From assembly GCA_963847655.1 (NCBI GenBank), contig CAWKAS010000003.1:75350-139349 (forward strand): a DNA stretch of 64,000 nt, in the 5' to 3' direction. The position numbers and the translations under genes were made by a program. The stretch comes from an uncultured Acidobacteriota bacterium. Lineage in GTDB: Bacteria > Acidobacteriota > Vicinamibacteria > Fen-336. The notes below the pieces were generated by a model. That model had not been told where the DNA came from and did no database searches. It was given only the letters and a program-made list of their open reading frames with translations. Below are positions 32,244 through 40,991 of the stretch, in pieces (positions within the stretch are counted from its first letter, which is position 1; every line of letters starts with the position of its first letter).

Positions 32244-33584
32244 GTGGCCGTACGACTCCCCGGAAGCTCCCTCGTCCGCAAGCTGCACGAACGCGGTCTC
32301 CTGCTCCCCATCGTGGTGGGCCTCGTGGTCGTGGGCATCCTGGCCCAGGGATTCCTCCAGCGGAGCCCCGAGCCCGACCCGGAGGAACCCGCCAACGACG
32401 GCGTCGCGGCGCTCGCCCCCACCCCGACTCCTTTCCGGCCCGATCTCGAGAAGGTCCCTCTCACCTACATCTCGGACTACTGGCTTCAGCTCGGAGAGAG
32501 CGCCCACGATCTCCTGGTCACCTTCGGCGAGGCGCAGCTGACCGGCGTCCGGGTGAGCCAGGGGTATGCCCTCGCCTCCGTCGAAGCCGCGGACATGGTC
32601 AGGGCCGCCCCGAGCGAGGCCCCCGAGGGTCAGCTCGTGGCCGTGGACGGCCGTCGCGGTCTGGCCCTCTTCCGGCTGGCGGGCGACGTGGGGGCCCCTC
32701 CCCGCCCCCCCACGGGGTCGGCGCACGCCGGGGCCTGGATCGCCGCGGTGACGATGGACCCCGAATCCGGCCTCCGTGTGGCCCCCGGGCACCTCGTCTC
32801 CGCCCCGTCCCGCGTTGACCCCTGGCTCGACGTGGCCCTCGAATTCCCGTCCTCCTTCGACGTGGCCGCGGTGGTCGACCTCGACTCACATCTCGTGGGC
32901 GTCGCCCTCCGGCGCCCCGATGGCGTCCGGGTCCTCTCCGCCGAGACGGTGGGCGAGATGATCGACGAGCTCGCGTCGAGCCCCTCCTGCCGAGCGGTGG
33001 ACGTGGCCCCGATTCCCGATGACGTGCGCGCCGCCCTGCGCCTGAAGGAAGGTGTCGTGGTGGGATCGGTGGTGGAGGCGGCCTTCGCCTCTCCCCCCGA
33101 CCTCCTCCCCGGGGACGTGCTCCTGCAGCTGGCCGGTGAGCACCTCTCGAGCCCGGAGGACTTCGCCGGGGCCTGGGACAGCCAGGAGCCCGGGAGCCAG
33201 GTCCGCTTCCTCGTCTCGCGAGGCAGCCGTCGCCTCGTGCGCCGCACCGAGATGCCCGGACGCGACTGCCGCCCGGACGGGCAGACGCCCCGGGAGCTGC
33301 CGCGGCTGGGCGCGGTCGTGCAGTGGGCGCGCCCCCCCGGGGGAGGCGACCCCGACGCCCCCGCGGGCTTCCGCATCCTCCACGTCCCCGCGGGGAGCGC
33401 GGCCGGGGAAGCCGGGCTGGAGACGGGCGACGTCGTGGTCGCCGTCGACGGGGCGTCCCTGGCCTGGCCGGAGGCGCGGAAGCTGCTCGAGCCGGACTGG
33501 AGCCGCGGACAGGTCCCGGTTCTCACCGTTCGTCGCGGCGGCGGCGTCCGGCTGACCGCGCCGCCCGCGGGCCAGGAAGAGTAG
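32244..33584 (+). CDS. Membrane-anchored HtrA-like protein with two PDZ domains and an apparently degenerate protease core
   Basis: N-terminal TM segment LLLPIVVGLVVVGILA. The central region is trypsin-fold-like, but I see no TNxHV or GNSGG motif. Two PDZ-like modules are present (GVVVGSVVEAAFASPPDLLPGDVLLQLAG and FRILHVPAGSAAGEAGLETGDVVVAVDG). Confidence 0.65.
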   Translation: MAVRLPGSSLVRKLHERGLLLPIVVGLVVVGILAQGFLQRSPEPDPEEPANDGVAALAPTPTPFRPDLEKVPLTYISDYWLQLGESAHDLLVTFGEAQLTGVRVSQGYALASVEAADMVRAAPSEAPEGQLVAVDGRRGLALFRLAGDVGAPPRPPTGSAHAGAWIAAVTMDPESGLRVAPGHLVSAPSRVDPWLDVALEFPSSFDVAAVVDLDSHLVGVALRRPDGVRVLSAETVGEMIDELASSPSCRAVDVAPIPDDVRAALRLKEGVVVGSVVEAAFASPPDLLPGDVLLQLAGEHLSSPEDFAGAWDSQEPGSQVRFLVSRGSRRLVRRTEMPGRDCRPDGQTPRELPRLGAVVQWARPPGGGDPDAPAGFRILHVPAGSAAGEAGLETGDVVVAVDGASLAWPEARKLLEPDWSRGQVPVLTVRRGGGVRLTAPPAGQEE

Positions 33585-33590
33585 GCGCGG

Positions 33591-35021
33591 GTGCTCCGCC
33601 TTCCCGACAACTGGGTGGCCGAGATCGAGAAGCGGGTGGCCCGTCTCGGGCGCCTGCGCTCGAGCTTCCTGCCCGAGGAGAATCAGCTCATCGTCCTCGC
33701 GGTGGCGGTGGGCGTCCTGACCGGCTTCGGGTCGGTCGGCTTCATCAAGGCCCTCTCCGCCGTCACCCACTTCGCTCGCGAGCGCCTGGCCGCGGGCCTG
33801 GGCTTCCTGTTCGGCCCGGCCGACATCGTGCTGCTGCCCGCCCTCGGCGGCCTCATCGTCGGCCCGGTCATCTACCACTTCGCCCGGGAGGCACGCGGTC
33901 ACGGCGTCCCCGAGGTGATGACCGCCCTCGCCACCGCCGGCGGGCGCATCCGCCCCCGGGTGGTGCTGATCAAGATCGCGGCCTCGGCCACCACCATCGG
34001 CTTCGGCGGCACCGCCGGACGCGAGGGTCCGATGATCCAGATCGGGTCCGCCATCGGCTCCGCCACCGCCCAGCTCGCCCGCCTCCCCACCCGCCACATC
34101 CGAACCCTGGTCGCCTGCGGCGCGGCCGGGGGCGTGGCCGCCACCTTCAACGCCCCCATCGCCGGCGCCATCTTCTCCATGGAGGTCCTGATGGGGCGCC
34201 TCGCCGGCGACTTCCTGCTGGTGATGCTGACCTCGCTCACCTCGTGCTTCATCGCCCGCGCCTACCTCGGCAACTACCCGGCCTTCGTCGCCCCGTCCTA
34301 CGAGCTGGTGAGCGCCGCCGAGCTTCCCCTCTACTTCGGCCTGGGCCTGCTCGCCGGCCTCGCCGCGCTCCTGTACGTCCGGCTCCTCTACCGGACGGAG
34401 GACTGGTTCGAGGCCTGGAGGTTCCCGGAGTGGCTCAAGCCGGCGGTGGGTGGTCTCATGGTGGGCGTCGTCCTGCGCTACTTCCCCGAGGTCTACGGGG
34501 CCGGCTTCCCGGCGATGGAGGCGGCCCTCTGGGTGCGGTTCTCGTGGGGCCTTCTCGTCGCCCTCTTCTTCGCCGAGCTCCTCGGCAACATCTTCACCCT
34601 GGGCTCGGGCGGCTCCGGGGGCGTCTTCGCCCCCAGCCTCTACATGGGGGCGATGATCGGGGGCGCCTACGGCATGGGTGTGCACGCCCTCTTCCCGGAG
34701 GCCACCGGCGGCTCCGGGGCCTACGCCCTGGTCGGCATGGCCGCCCTGTTCGCGGCGGCGGCGAAGGCCCCCACCACCTCCATCCTGATCCTCTTCGAGA
34801 TGACCAACGACTACCGGATCATCCTGCCGCTCATGGCCGCCACCGTGGGGAGCGTCACTCTGGCCAATCGCTTCATGCCCCTCAGCATCTACACCCTGAA
34901 GCTCCACAACCGCGGCATCACGTTTCCGTACGAGGAGCGGCGGACGCCACCGAAGAGGGAGCCCGCGCCCCAGGCGCCCGCGCCCCCCTCCCCCGAGGAG
35001 ACCTGGCCCGCAGGGGTCTGA
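33591..35021 (+). CDS. ClC-family voltage-gated chloride channel / H+-Cl- exchanger (no CBS domains)
   Basis: GREGPMIQIG, GSGGSGGVFAPSL and the GHGVPEVM region are canonical ClC selectivity-filter motifs. The start is GTG. Confidence 0.9.
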   Translation: MLRLPDNWVAEIEKRVARLGRLRSSFLPEENQLIVLAVAVGVLTGFGSVGFIKALSAVTHFARERLAAGLGFLFGPADIVLLPALGGLIVGPVIYHFAREARGHGVPEVMTALATAGGRIRPRVVLIKIAASATTIGFGGTAGREGPMIQIGSAIGSATAQLARLPTRHIRTLVACGAAGGVAATFNAPIAGAIFSMEVLMGRLAGDFLLVMLTSLTSCFIARAYLGNYPAFVAPSYELVSAAELPLYFGLGLLAGLAALLYVRLLYRTEDWFEAWRFPEWLKPAVGGLMVGVVLRYFPEVYGAGFPAMEAALWVRFSWGLLVALFFAELLGNIFTLGSGGSGGVFAPSLYMGAMIGGAYGMGVHALFPEATGGSGAYALVGMAALFAAAAKAPTTSILILFEMTNDYRIILPLMAATVGSVTLANRFMPLSIYTLKLHNRGITFPYEERRTPPKREPAPQAPAPPSPEETWPAGV

Positions 35022-35076
35022 GCACCGGGATGAAGTGCCGCCGGGGCTCGACGCTCAAGCCGGCGCCCTGACGGGG

Positions 35077-37824
35077 CTACCCCGTGTTCCGCAGGCCCGC
35101 GGCCACCCCGTTGACGGAGAGCAGCACGGCGTCGCGGAGGGCGTCCTCCTCCGCCGCGTCGGGCTGGGCGCGGAGACGGCGCAGCAGGGCGACCTGCACG
35201 TAGTTCATGGGGTCGATGTAGGGGTTGCGCACCTGGATCGATCTCTGGAGCCAGGGCGCGGCGTCGAGCAGCTCCTTCTGCCCCGTGAGGCGCAGGAGCA
35301 CCCGGACCGTCCTCTCGTGCTCCCGACACAGGACCGGGAAGACCGCCTCCCGGACCCCGGGCTCGGCGAGGCTGGCGTAGAGCTCGGCGATCAGTATGTC
35401 GGCCTTGCGAAGCGAGACCTGGCTGTTGTCCACGAGGTTGCTGAAGAAGGCCCACTCGCGGTACATGGCCGACAGCGTCTCCCAGCGCGCGGGGTCGTCC
35501 CCCGCCCACCCCTCGATGGCGGACCCCAGGCCGTACCAGCCGGGCAGAGTGACCCGGCTCTGTGTCCAGGCGAAGACCCAGGGAATCGCGCGGAGTCCCT
35601 CGAGGCTGGACCCGGCCTTGCGCCGGGCCGGGCGGCTCCCGATGTTGAGCCGGGCCAGCTCGTCGAGTGGCGTGGCCTGGTGGAAGTACTCGACGAGCTC
35701 CCGCGTGTCCACGAGGCCCAGGTAGGAGCGCCGCGCCCGCGGCGACAGCGTGGTCATCGCCTCCTCCCACTCACCGCCCCGGGAGGGGCTGGGGCCGGTG
35801 CGCTTGCCGCTGGTGAAGAGCACCGCGTGGGCCAGCTGCTCGAGGTGGCGCCGCGCCAGACGGGGATTGGCGTAGCGCGTCGTCACCGTCTCGCCCTGCT
35901 CGGTGAGGCGCAGGCGTCCCCCCACCGACTCCGGGGGCTGGGCCAGGACCGCCCGGTTCACCGGTCCCCCGCCCCGCCCCACGGTGCCGCCTCGACCGTG
36001 GAAGAACGTCAGGGCCACCTGGTGGCGCTGGCACAGGGCGGACAGCGTCCTCTGGGCGAGATGGAGCTCCCAGTGCGCGGTCAGATACCCGGCCTGCTTG
36101 TTCGAGTCGCTGTAGCCCACCATCACCGTCTGGCGGCGGCCGCGCTCGCCCAGGTGAGCCCGGTAGGCCGGGTGGGCGAACAGCGCTCCCAGCGTCCCCC
36201 CGGCGCCGTCGAGGTCCTCGACGGTCTCGAACAGGGGCACGACGTCCAGACCCTCCGCCACCCCGGCGTCGCGGGCCAGGAGCAGTATGGCGAGCAGGTC
36301 GCTGGGCCCGCGGGTCATGCTCGCGATGTAGGTCTGGATCGCCTCCGGTCCCACCCGTTCGTGCGCGCGGCGGACGAGGCGGAAGGTGTTGACGGTCTCG
36401 TTCGTCTCGTCGCTGAAATCGAGATGGGCGGGGGTGAGGGGTCGCCCTCGCGCGAGCTCGGCGCTGAGCACCGCCTGGCGTCCCTTTTCGTCCAGGGCGC
36501 CGTAGCCTTCGGCGATGCCGTAGCGGGAGAAGATCTCGTCCAGGGCCGCGGTGTGGCGCCCGGCGTGCTGCCGCAGGTCGAGGGCGGCCAGGTGGAAGCC
36601 GAACACCTCGGCCTGGGCGATGAGCCGTCCGAGGCGGCCGCCGGCGAGGCGCGCCCCGGAGTGCTCGCGAAGGCTCGACTGCACGAGTCTCAGGTCGGCG
36701 AGGAAGGCCGCCGCCGAAGGGTAGGCCCCGGGGCGCGGGCGGTGGTCGGCCCGCCAGGGCCGGGCCGCCGCCTCCAGCGTCGCCTGCAGCCGCCGATAGA
36801 CGAAGGACATCTTCTGGCGGTAGGGCTCGCGTCGGTAGCGCTCGACCACGCGCCGCGTCTCCTCCGGAAACACCGCGGCGTCCTCCTCCAGGCTCGCGAG
36901 GAGGTCGCCGCTGACCCCACGCTCCTCGGCCACGCTCAGGTGCCCGTGCATTTGCTCGAAGGCCCGGCGATACAGGCGCAGTGCCGTCGTCTGGTGCTCG
37001 CGCAGGGTCTGCTCGGTGACCGCGGGCGTCACGTAGGGGTTGCCGTCGCGGTCTCCCCCGACCCAGCTCCCGAATCGGAGGAAGTGGGGCACCGCGAAGG
37101 CCTCGCCCGGCCAGGTCCTCTCCAGGGCGCGGCCCAGACGTGCCTCCATCTCGGGGACCAGGTCGAACAGGGTGTGCTCGAAGTAGTACAGGACGCCTCG
37201 GACCTCGTCGAGCACGGTGGGGCGTGTGCGGCGCGTGTCCTCGGTCTCCCAGAGCGACACGATCAGCTCCCGGAGCCACTCGAGCTCGGTCTCGGCCTCC
37301 CGCGGGGTCAGCGTCCCGGAGTCGAGGCGCTCCAGGGCCTCGGCCACGTCGGCCAGCTTCAGCAGAACGGTCCGCCGCTTGGCCTCCGTCGGGTGCGCGG
37401 TGAAGACCGGCATCACCAGGAGACCGTGGACGAGGACGCCGGCCTCGTCCGCCGACATCCCCTGATCCCGGAGAGCGAGGAGGGCCGCCTCCATGGTCTC
37501 GTCCACCGGCCGCTCCGCCGCCCGCGCCTCCACGGCACGCCTGCGCAAGACGCGGACGCGCTCCTGCTCCTCGGCGAGGTTGACCAGGGCGAAGTAGCTC
37601 GAGAACGCCTTGACGACGCCACGGGCCTCGCGGAGGGGCAGCGACTCGATGCGCTCCAGCAGCCGGACCCCCGACTCCCGGTCCCCCGCCCGGTGGGCCT
37701 TGGCCAGCGCCCGCACCTCCTCGACCAGCTCGAAGAGGGGCTGCCCCTCCTGCTCGATCAACGTCTCGCCCAGGAGGTCTCCGAGCTGGTGGATCTGCTC
37801 GCTGAGCTGGTCGCGGTCGTTCAT
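35077..37824 (-). CDS. ppc: Phosphoenolpyruvate carboxylase
   Basis: VFTAHPTE, VGYSDSNKQAGYLTAHWEL, FHGRGGTVGRGGGP and the C-terminal ...GLRNTG. The ATG at 37824 gives MNDRDQLSEQIH... Confidence 0.93.
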   Translation of the reverse strand: MNDRDQLSEQIHQLGDLLGETLIEQEGQPLFELVEEVRALAKAHRAGDRESGVRLLERIESLPLREARGVVKAFSSYFALVNLAEEQERVRVLRRRAVEARAAERPVDETMEAALLALRDQGMSADEAGVLVHGLLVMPVFTAHPTEAKRRTVLLKLADVAEALERLDSGTLTPREAETELEWLRELIVSLWETEDTRRTRPTVLDEVRGVLYYFEHTLFDLVPEMEARLGRALERTWPGEAFAVPHFLRFGSWVGGDRDGNPYVTPAVTEQTLREHQTTALRLYRRAFEQMHGHLSVAEERGVSGDLLASLEEDAAVFPEETRRVVERYRREPYRQKMSFVYRRLQATLEAAARPWRADHRPRPGAYPSAAAFLADLRLVQSSLREHSGARLAGGRLGRLIAQAEVFGFHLAALDLRQHAGRHTAALDEIFSRYGIAEGYGALDEKGRQAVLSAELARGRPLTPAHLDFSDETNETVNTFRLVRRAHERVGPEAIQTYIASMTRGPSDLLAILLLARDAGVAEGLDVVPLFETVEDLDGAGGTLGALFAHPAYRAHLGERGRRQTVMVGYSDSNKQAGYLTAHWELHLAQRTLSALCQRHQVALTFFHGRGGTVGRGGGPVNRAVLAQPPESVGGRLRLTEQGETVTTRYANPRLARRHLEQLAHAVLFTSGKRTGPSPSRGGEWEEAMTTLSPRARRSYLGLVDTRELVEYFHQATPLDELARLNIGSRPARRKAGSSLEGLRAIPWVFAWTQSRVTLPGWYGLGSAIEGWAGDDPARWETLSAMYREWAFFSNLVDNSQVSLRKADILIAELYASLAEPGVREAVFPVLCREHERTVRVLLRLTGQKELLDAAPWLQRSIQVRNPYIDPMNYVQVALLRRLRAQPDAAEEDALRDAVLLSVNGVAAGLRNTG

Positions 37825-37966
37825 CCCATAGATGTTAGCGAACCGACGGGGCCGGTGCATTCTGACGACCCTGCCATGTTGCCCGGAGGCCTGTCGAAAG
37901 CTCGAGCAGAGGATCGCCGAAACGACTGAGCGCGGCAACCGAGGCCTCCGGCGCCCCCCCGGGCGC

Positions 37967-39262
37967 TCAGCCCGTCGGCGTCGAGGTGGTGATCGTCTCC
38001 AGGCCGTGGGCGTCGGGACCGGTCTCGCGAACGTGCAGCATCCAGGAGAACAGCAGCCCCGCGATGCCGAGCACGGAGAACATCCACATCCCCGCCGTGT
38101 AGCCGGCGGGGTTCGCGGCCGAGGCCAGCCAGCGGTCGTTGGCCCAGCCGATGAGCAGGTTGAAGCCGAACAGACCGATGTTCTGGATCATCGTCATGAG
38201 GCCGTAGGCGGTACCCAGCTTCGCCTGGTCAACCAGGTAGGCCACTGACGGCCACATCACCGCGGGGATCAGCGAGAACGCGATACCCATGACCGCCATG
38301 GGCACGATGAGGGGTACGCTCGTGTACGCCATCACCAGGTAGACGGGGACCAGCATCAGCGACCCGCCCATCATGAACAGTGCCCGCTTCCCCACCCTGT
38401 CCACCATCAGCCCGAACAGCGGGGTGAAGATCATCGCGAACAGCGTCAGCAGGCTCGAGAGGAATCCTCCCTCCTCGCGCGTTGCCCCGTGGGCTTCGAT
38501 GAAGAACTTCACCGCGAAGGTCTGGAAGGGGAAGATGGCAGAGTAGAAGGTGATGCACAGGGCCACCACCAGCCAGTAGGAGGCCCCGAACTTGAAGAGA
38601 TCGCCCCAGACCACCTTCTCTGTCTCTGCTTCCCCCAGGTCGTAGCGGTCCTCGGCCCGCCTCTCGAGCATCCAGTACGCCAGCGCGCCGGTGATGCAGA
38701 AGGTGGCAAAGCCCACGCTGATGAGCAGGGGCCACCGCCAGTTCTCGTAGGCCGGGGCAGCCCAGCTCGGGGCGTTGAGCGCAGCGAACGACCCGAGGCG
38801 GGCGATCGTCAGATTCACTCCAAAGGCAAAGGACAGCTCCTTCCCCCTGAACCACTTGGCGATGGCGGTGGTGACAGCCACGATGAGCGACTCGGCCCCG
38901 AGACCGAAGACCAGGCGACCTGCCGCCATCATCGGGAGGCTTCCGCTGACGGCGGTGAGCGCCGCCCCCACGAAGCACAGGACACCGAAGAGGAAGGTGG
39001 CCTTCCGGGTGCCGATGCGGTCGATGATGATCCCGCCGATCAGCACCATGATGATGTTCGGGAACGAGTAGATGGCGTTGAGGAGGCCGATGTTCGCGTC
39101 TGAGAACCCCAGCTGCGCCTTGAGGACGTCGGCGAGGGGGCTGATCGAGTCGTAGACGTAGTAGTTGCCGAACATTGCCAGGCTGATGAGGACGAGCACC
39201 ACCCAGCGGAAGGCCTTCGGGGGCTCGGGTCGAGCGTCCTTGACGGTCTCGAGGTCGGTCAT
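37967..39262 (-). CDS. MFS transporter (MFSD1-like), substrate unknown
   Basis: 12 hydrophobic segments and a DRIGTRK loop motif between TM2 and TM3. Length is 431 aa. Confidence 0.8.
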   Translation of the reverse strand: MTDLETVKDARPEPPKAFRWVVLVLISLAMFGNYYVYDSISPLADVLKAQLGFSDANIGLLNAIYSFPNIIMVLIGGIIIDRIGTRKATFLFGVLCFVGAALTAVSGSLPMMAAGRLVFGLGAESLIVAVTTAIAKWFRGKELSFAFGVNLTIARLGSFAALNAPSWAAPAYENWRWPLLISVGFATFCITGALAYWMLERRAEDRYDLGEAETEKVVWGDLFKFGASYWLVVALCITFYSAIFPFQTFAVKFFIEAHGATREEGGFLSSLLTLFAMIFTPLFGLMVDRVGKRALFMMGGSLMLVPVYLVMAYTSVPLIVPMAVMGIAFSLIPAVMWPSVAYLVDQAKLGTAYGLMTMIQNIGLFGFNLLIGWANDRWLASAANPAGYTAGMWMFSVLGIAGLLFSWMLHVRETGPDAHGLETITTSTPTG

Positions 39263-39401
39263 CGGCTCTCCTGGATTCCCGGGTGCGCTCCGTCCGGAGG
39301 GAAGCCCACGGATGGTAGCAGACGAGCGGCCCTGGTGGCGTCCTCAGCAGGACGATACGAGCGAACCGCGCCGGTCCCGCGCCGTGCCTGCTGGCAGGAA
39401 C

Positions 39402-40787
39402 CTACCCGATCTCGTAGCGCTTCATCTTGCGCCAGAGGGTGTTGCGAGAGACGCCCAGGTCCCCGGCCGCCTTCGTGCGGTTCCCCCCGTGGCGGTCGAG
39501 GGCCTCGCGAATGGCGACGGCCTCGGCGTTCTGCAGGGGCCCGAGACCTTCCCTTTCGGCCCCCGGCTCCGCGGCCTGCGCCGCCGGGGTGACGCGCTGA
39601 CCCAGCACGTGGGGCGGGAGGTCCTCGCGCTCGATGACGTTGCCCCCGCAGACCACGAAGGCGTGCTCGATGGCGTTCTCGAGCTCGCGCACGTTCCCGG
39701 GGTAGTCGTAGTGCATCAGGGCCGCCATCGCCCGCTCGGAGACCCCGGTGATGCGCCTTCCCTGGCTGGCATTGAACCTCTTGATGAAGTGGTCGACCAG
39801 GAGAGGGACGTCCTCGAGCCGTGCCCGCAGGGGGGGAAGGTTGACTCGGATCACGTTGAGACGAAAGAACAGGTCCTGGCGAAATCGCCCGTGCCCCACC
39901 TCCGCCGCCAGGTCCTTGTTGGTGGCGGCGAGGATGCGGACGTCGGCCTTCTCGGAGCGGACGGCCCCGAGAGGCGTGTACTCCCGCTCCTGGAGGACGC
40001 GGAGGAGCTTGACCTGCATCGCCGGTGAGATCTCCGCGATCTCGTCGAGGAAGAGCGTGCCTCCTTCGGCGAGAGCGAAGCGGCCAGGCTTGTCGCGACG
40101 CGCGTCGGTGAAGGCCCCCTTCCGGTAGCCGAACAGCTCCGACTCCGCCAGGCTGTCGGGCAGGGCCCCGCAGTTGACGGCCACGAACGGCCTGTCCCGG
40201 CGGGCTCCCAGGTTGTGGATGGCCCGGGCCACCAGCTCCTTCCCGGTGCCCTGCTCCCCCTCGATGAGGGCGGTGCTGCTCGAGCGGGCCACGAGGCGGA
40301 CCAGCTCCCGGACCCCCTGCATCCCCGGGCTCTTGGTGACGATGTCGTCGCTCGTGTAGCTGCCGTGGATCTGGCGGCGCAGCTCGGCCAGCATGGACAG
40401 GTCGCGGAACATCTCCACCCCGCCCACCACCCGGCCCTCGCGGTCCTCCAGGTGAGCGGTGCTCACGGAGACCAGGACCTCGCGACCGTCCCGGGTGCGG
40501 ATCGTCACCTCCTCGTCGCGGTGCTCCTCTCCCCCGGCGATGCTCTTCCGAAGGAAGCAGGTGTGCTCGCAGTGCGTGGCCCGGAAGACCCGGGCGCAGA
40601 GGCTGCCGATCACCTCGTCGCGGCTCCATCCCGTGATCCGCTCGGCCGCGCGGTTGAAGGAGGTGATCAGGCCCTGCTGGTCGACGGTGAAGATGCCGTC
40701 CGGGATGTTGTCGAAGATGATCGACCCGATGCGGGGGTCGAGGTGGCTCGGCATTGGGCGCTGCTCCTGTTCCATTGTACCCCCCAT
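39402..40787 (-). CDS. Sigma-54-dependent transcriptional activator (bEBP) with an N-terminal Cys-containing PAS domain and no receiver domain
   Basis: PAS region (FDNIPDGIFTVDQQGLITSFNRAAERITGW). AAA+ domain with GEQGTGKE, ESELFGYRKGAFTDA (a GAFTGA variant) and GTLFLDEI. C-terminal Fis-type HTH (AAGDLGVSRNTLWRKMK). The start is at 40787 or 40775. Confidence 0.92.
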   Translation of the reverse strand: MGGTMEQEQRPMPSHLDPRIGSIIFDNIPDGIFTVDQQGLITSFNRAAERITGWSRDEVIGSLCARVFRATHCEHTCFLRKSIAGGEEHRDEEVTIRTRDGREVLVSVSTAHLEDREGRVVGGVEMFRDLSMLAELRRQIHGSYTSDDIVTKSPGMQGVRELVRLVARSSSTALIEGEQGTGKELVARAIHNLGARRDRPFVAVNCGALPDSLAESELFGYRKGAFTDARRDKPGRFALAEGGTLFLDEIAEISPAMQVKLLRVLQEREYTPLGAVRSEKADVRILAATNKDLAAEVGHGRFRQDLFFRLNVIRVNLPPLRARLEDVPLLVDHFIKRFNASQGRRITGVSERAMAALMHYDYPGNVRELENAIEHAFVVCGGNVIEREDLPPHVLGQRVTPAAQAAEPGAEREGLGPLQNAEAVAIREALDRHGGNRTKAAGDLGVSRNTLWRKMKRYEIG

Positions 40788-40882
40788 CAGTAACGAAAAT
40801 GGAACGGTGCGTGTCACGATCGTCTCGTTTCTGGGGCAGCATCGACTCCATGGATCGAGATCCCGCGACCCCGAAACGCCTC

Positions 40883-40895
40883 TAAGTTGTTGATA
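40883..40895. promoter_or_regulatory. IHF-like binding site (matches WATCAANNNNTTR on the minus strand)
   Basis: taagttgttgata has the reverse complement TATCAACAACTTA. It is A/T-rich and lies about 30 nt upstream of the -24 element. Confidence 0.35.
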
Positions 40896-40924
40896 GGTGG
40901 ATTCTTCTCCGATCAGCTGTGCGC

Positions 40925-40940
40925 GGGCACGTTTCTCGCC
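40925..40940 (+). promoter_or_regulatory. Candidate sigma-54 (-24/-12) promoter of the redox-module operon
   Basis: gGGCACgtttcTCGCc compared with the consensus TGGCAC-N5-TTGC. The GG and GC dinucleotides have the canonical 12-nt register. It lies about 52 nt upstream of the ATG at 40992 and faces away from the divergent bEBP gene. Confidence 0.5.
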
Positions 40941-40991
40941 TGGGTCATGTTCGCCGCCCGGCGCGGCCCGCAAGGAGGGAGACCCCGCAAC

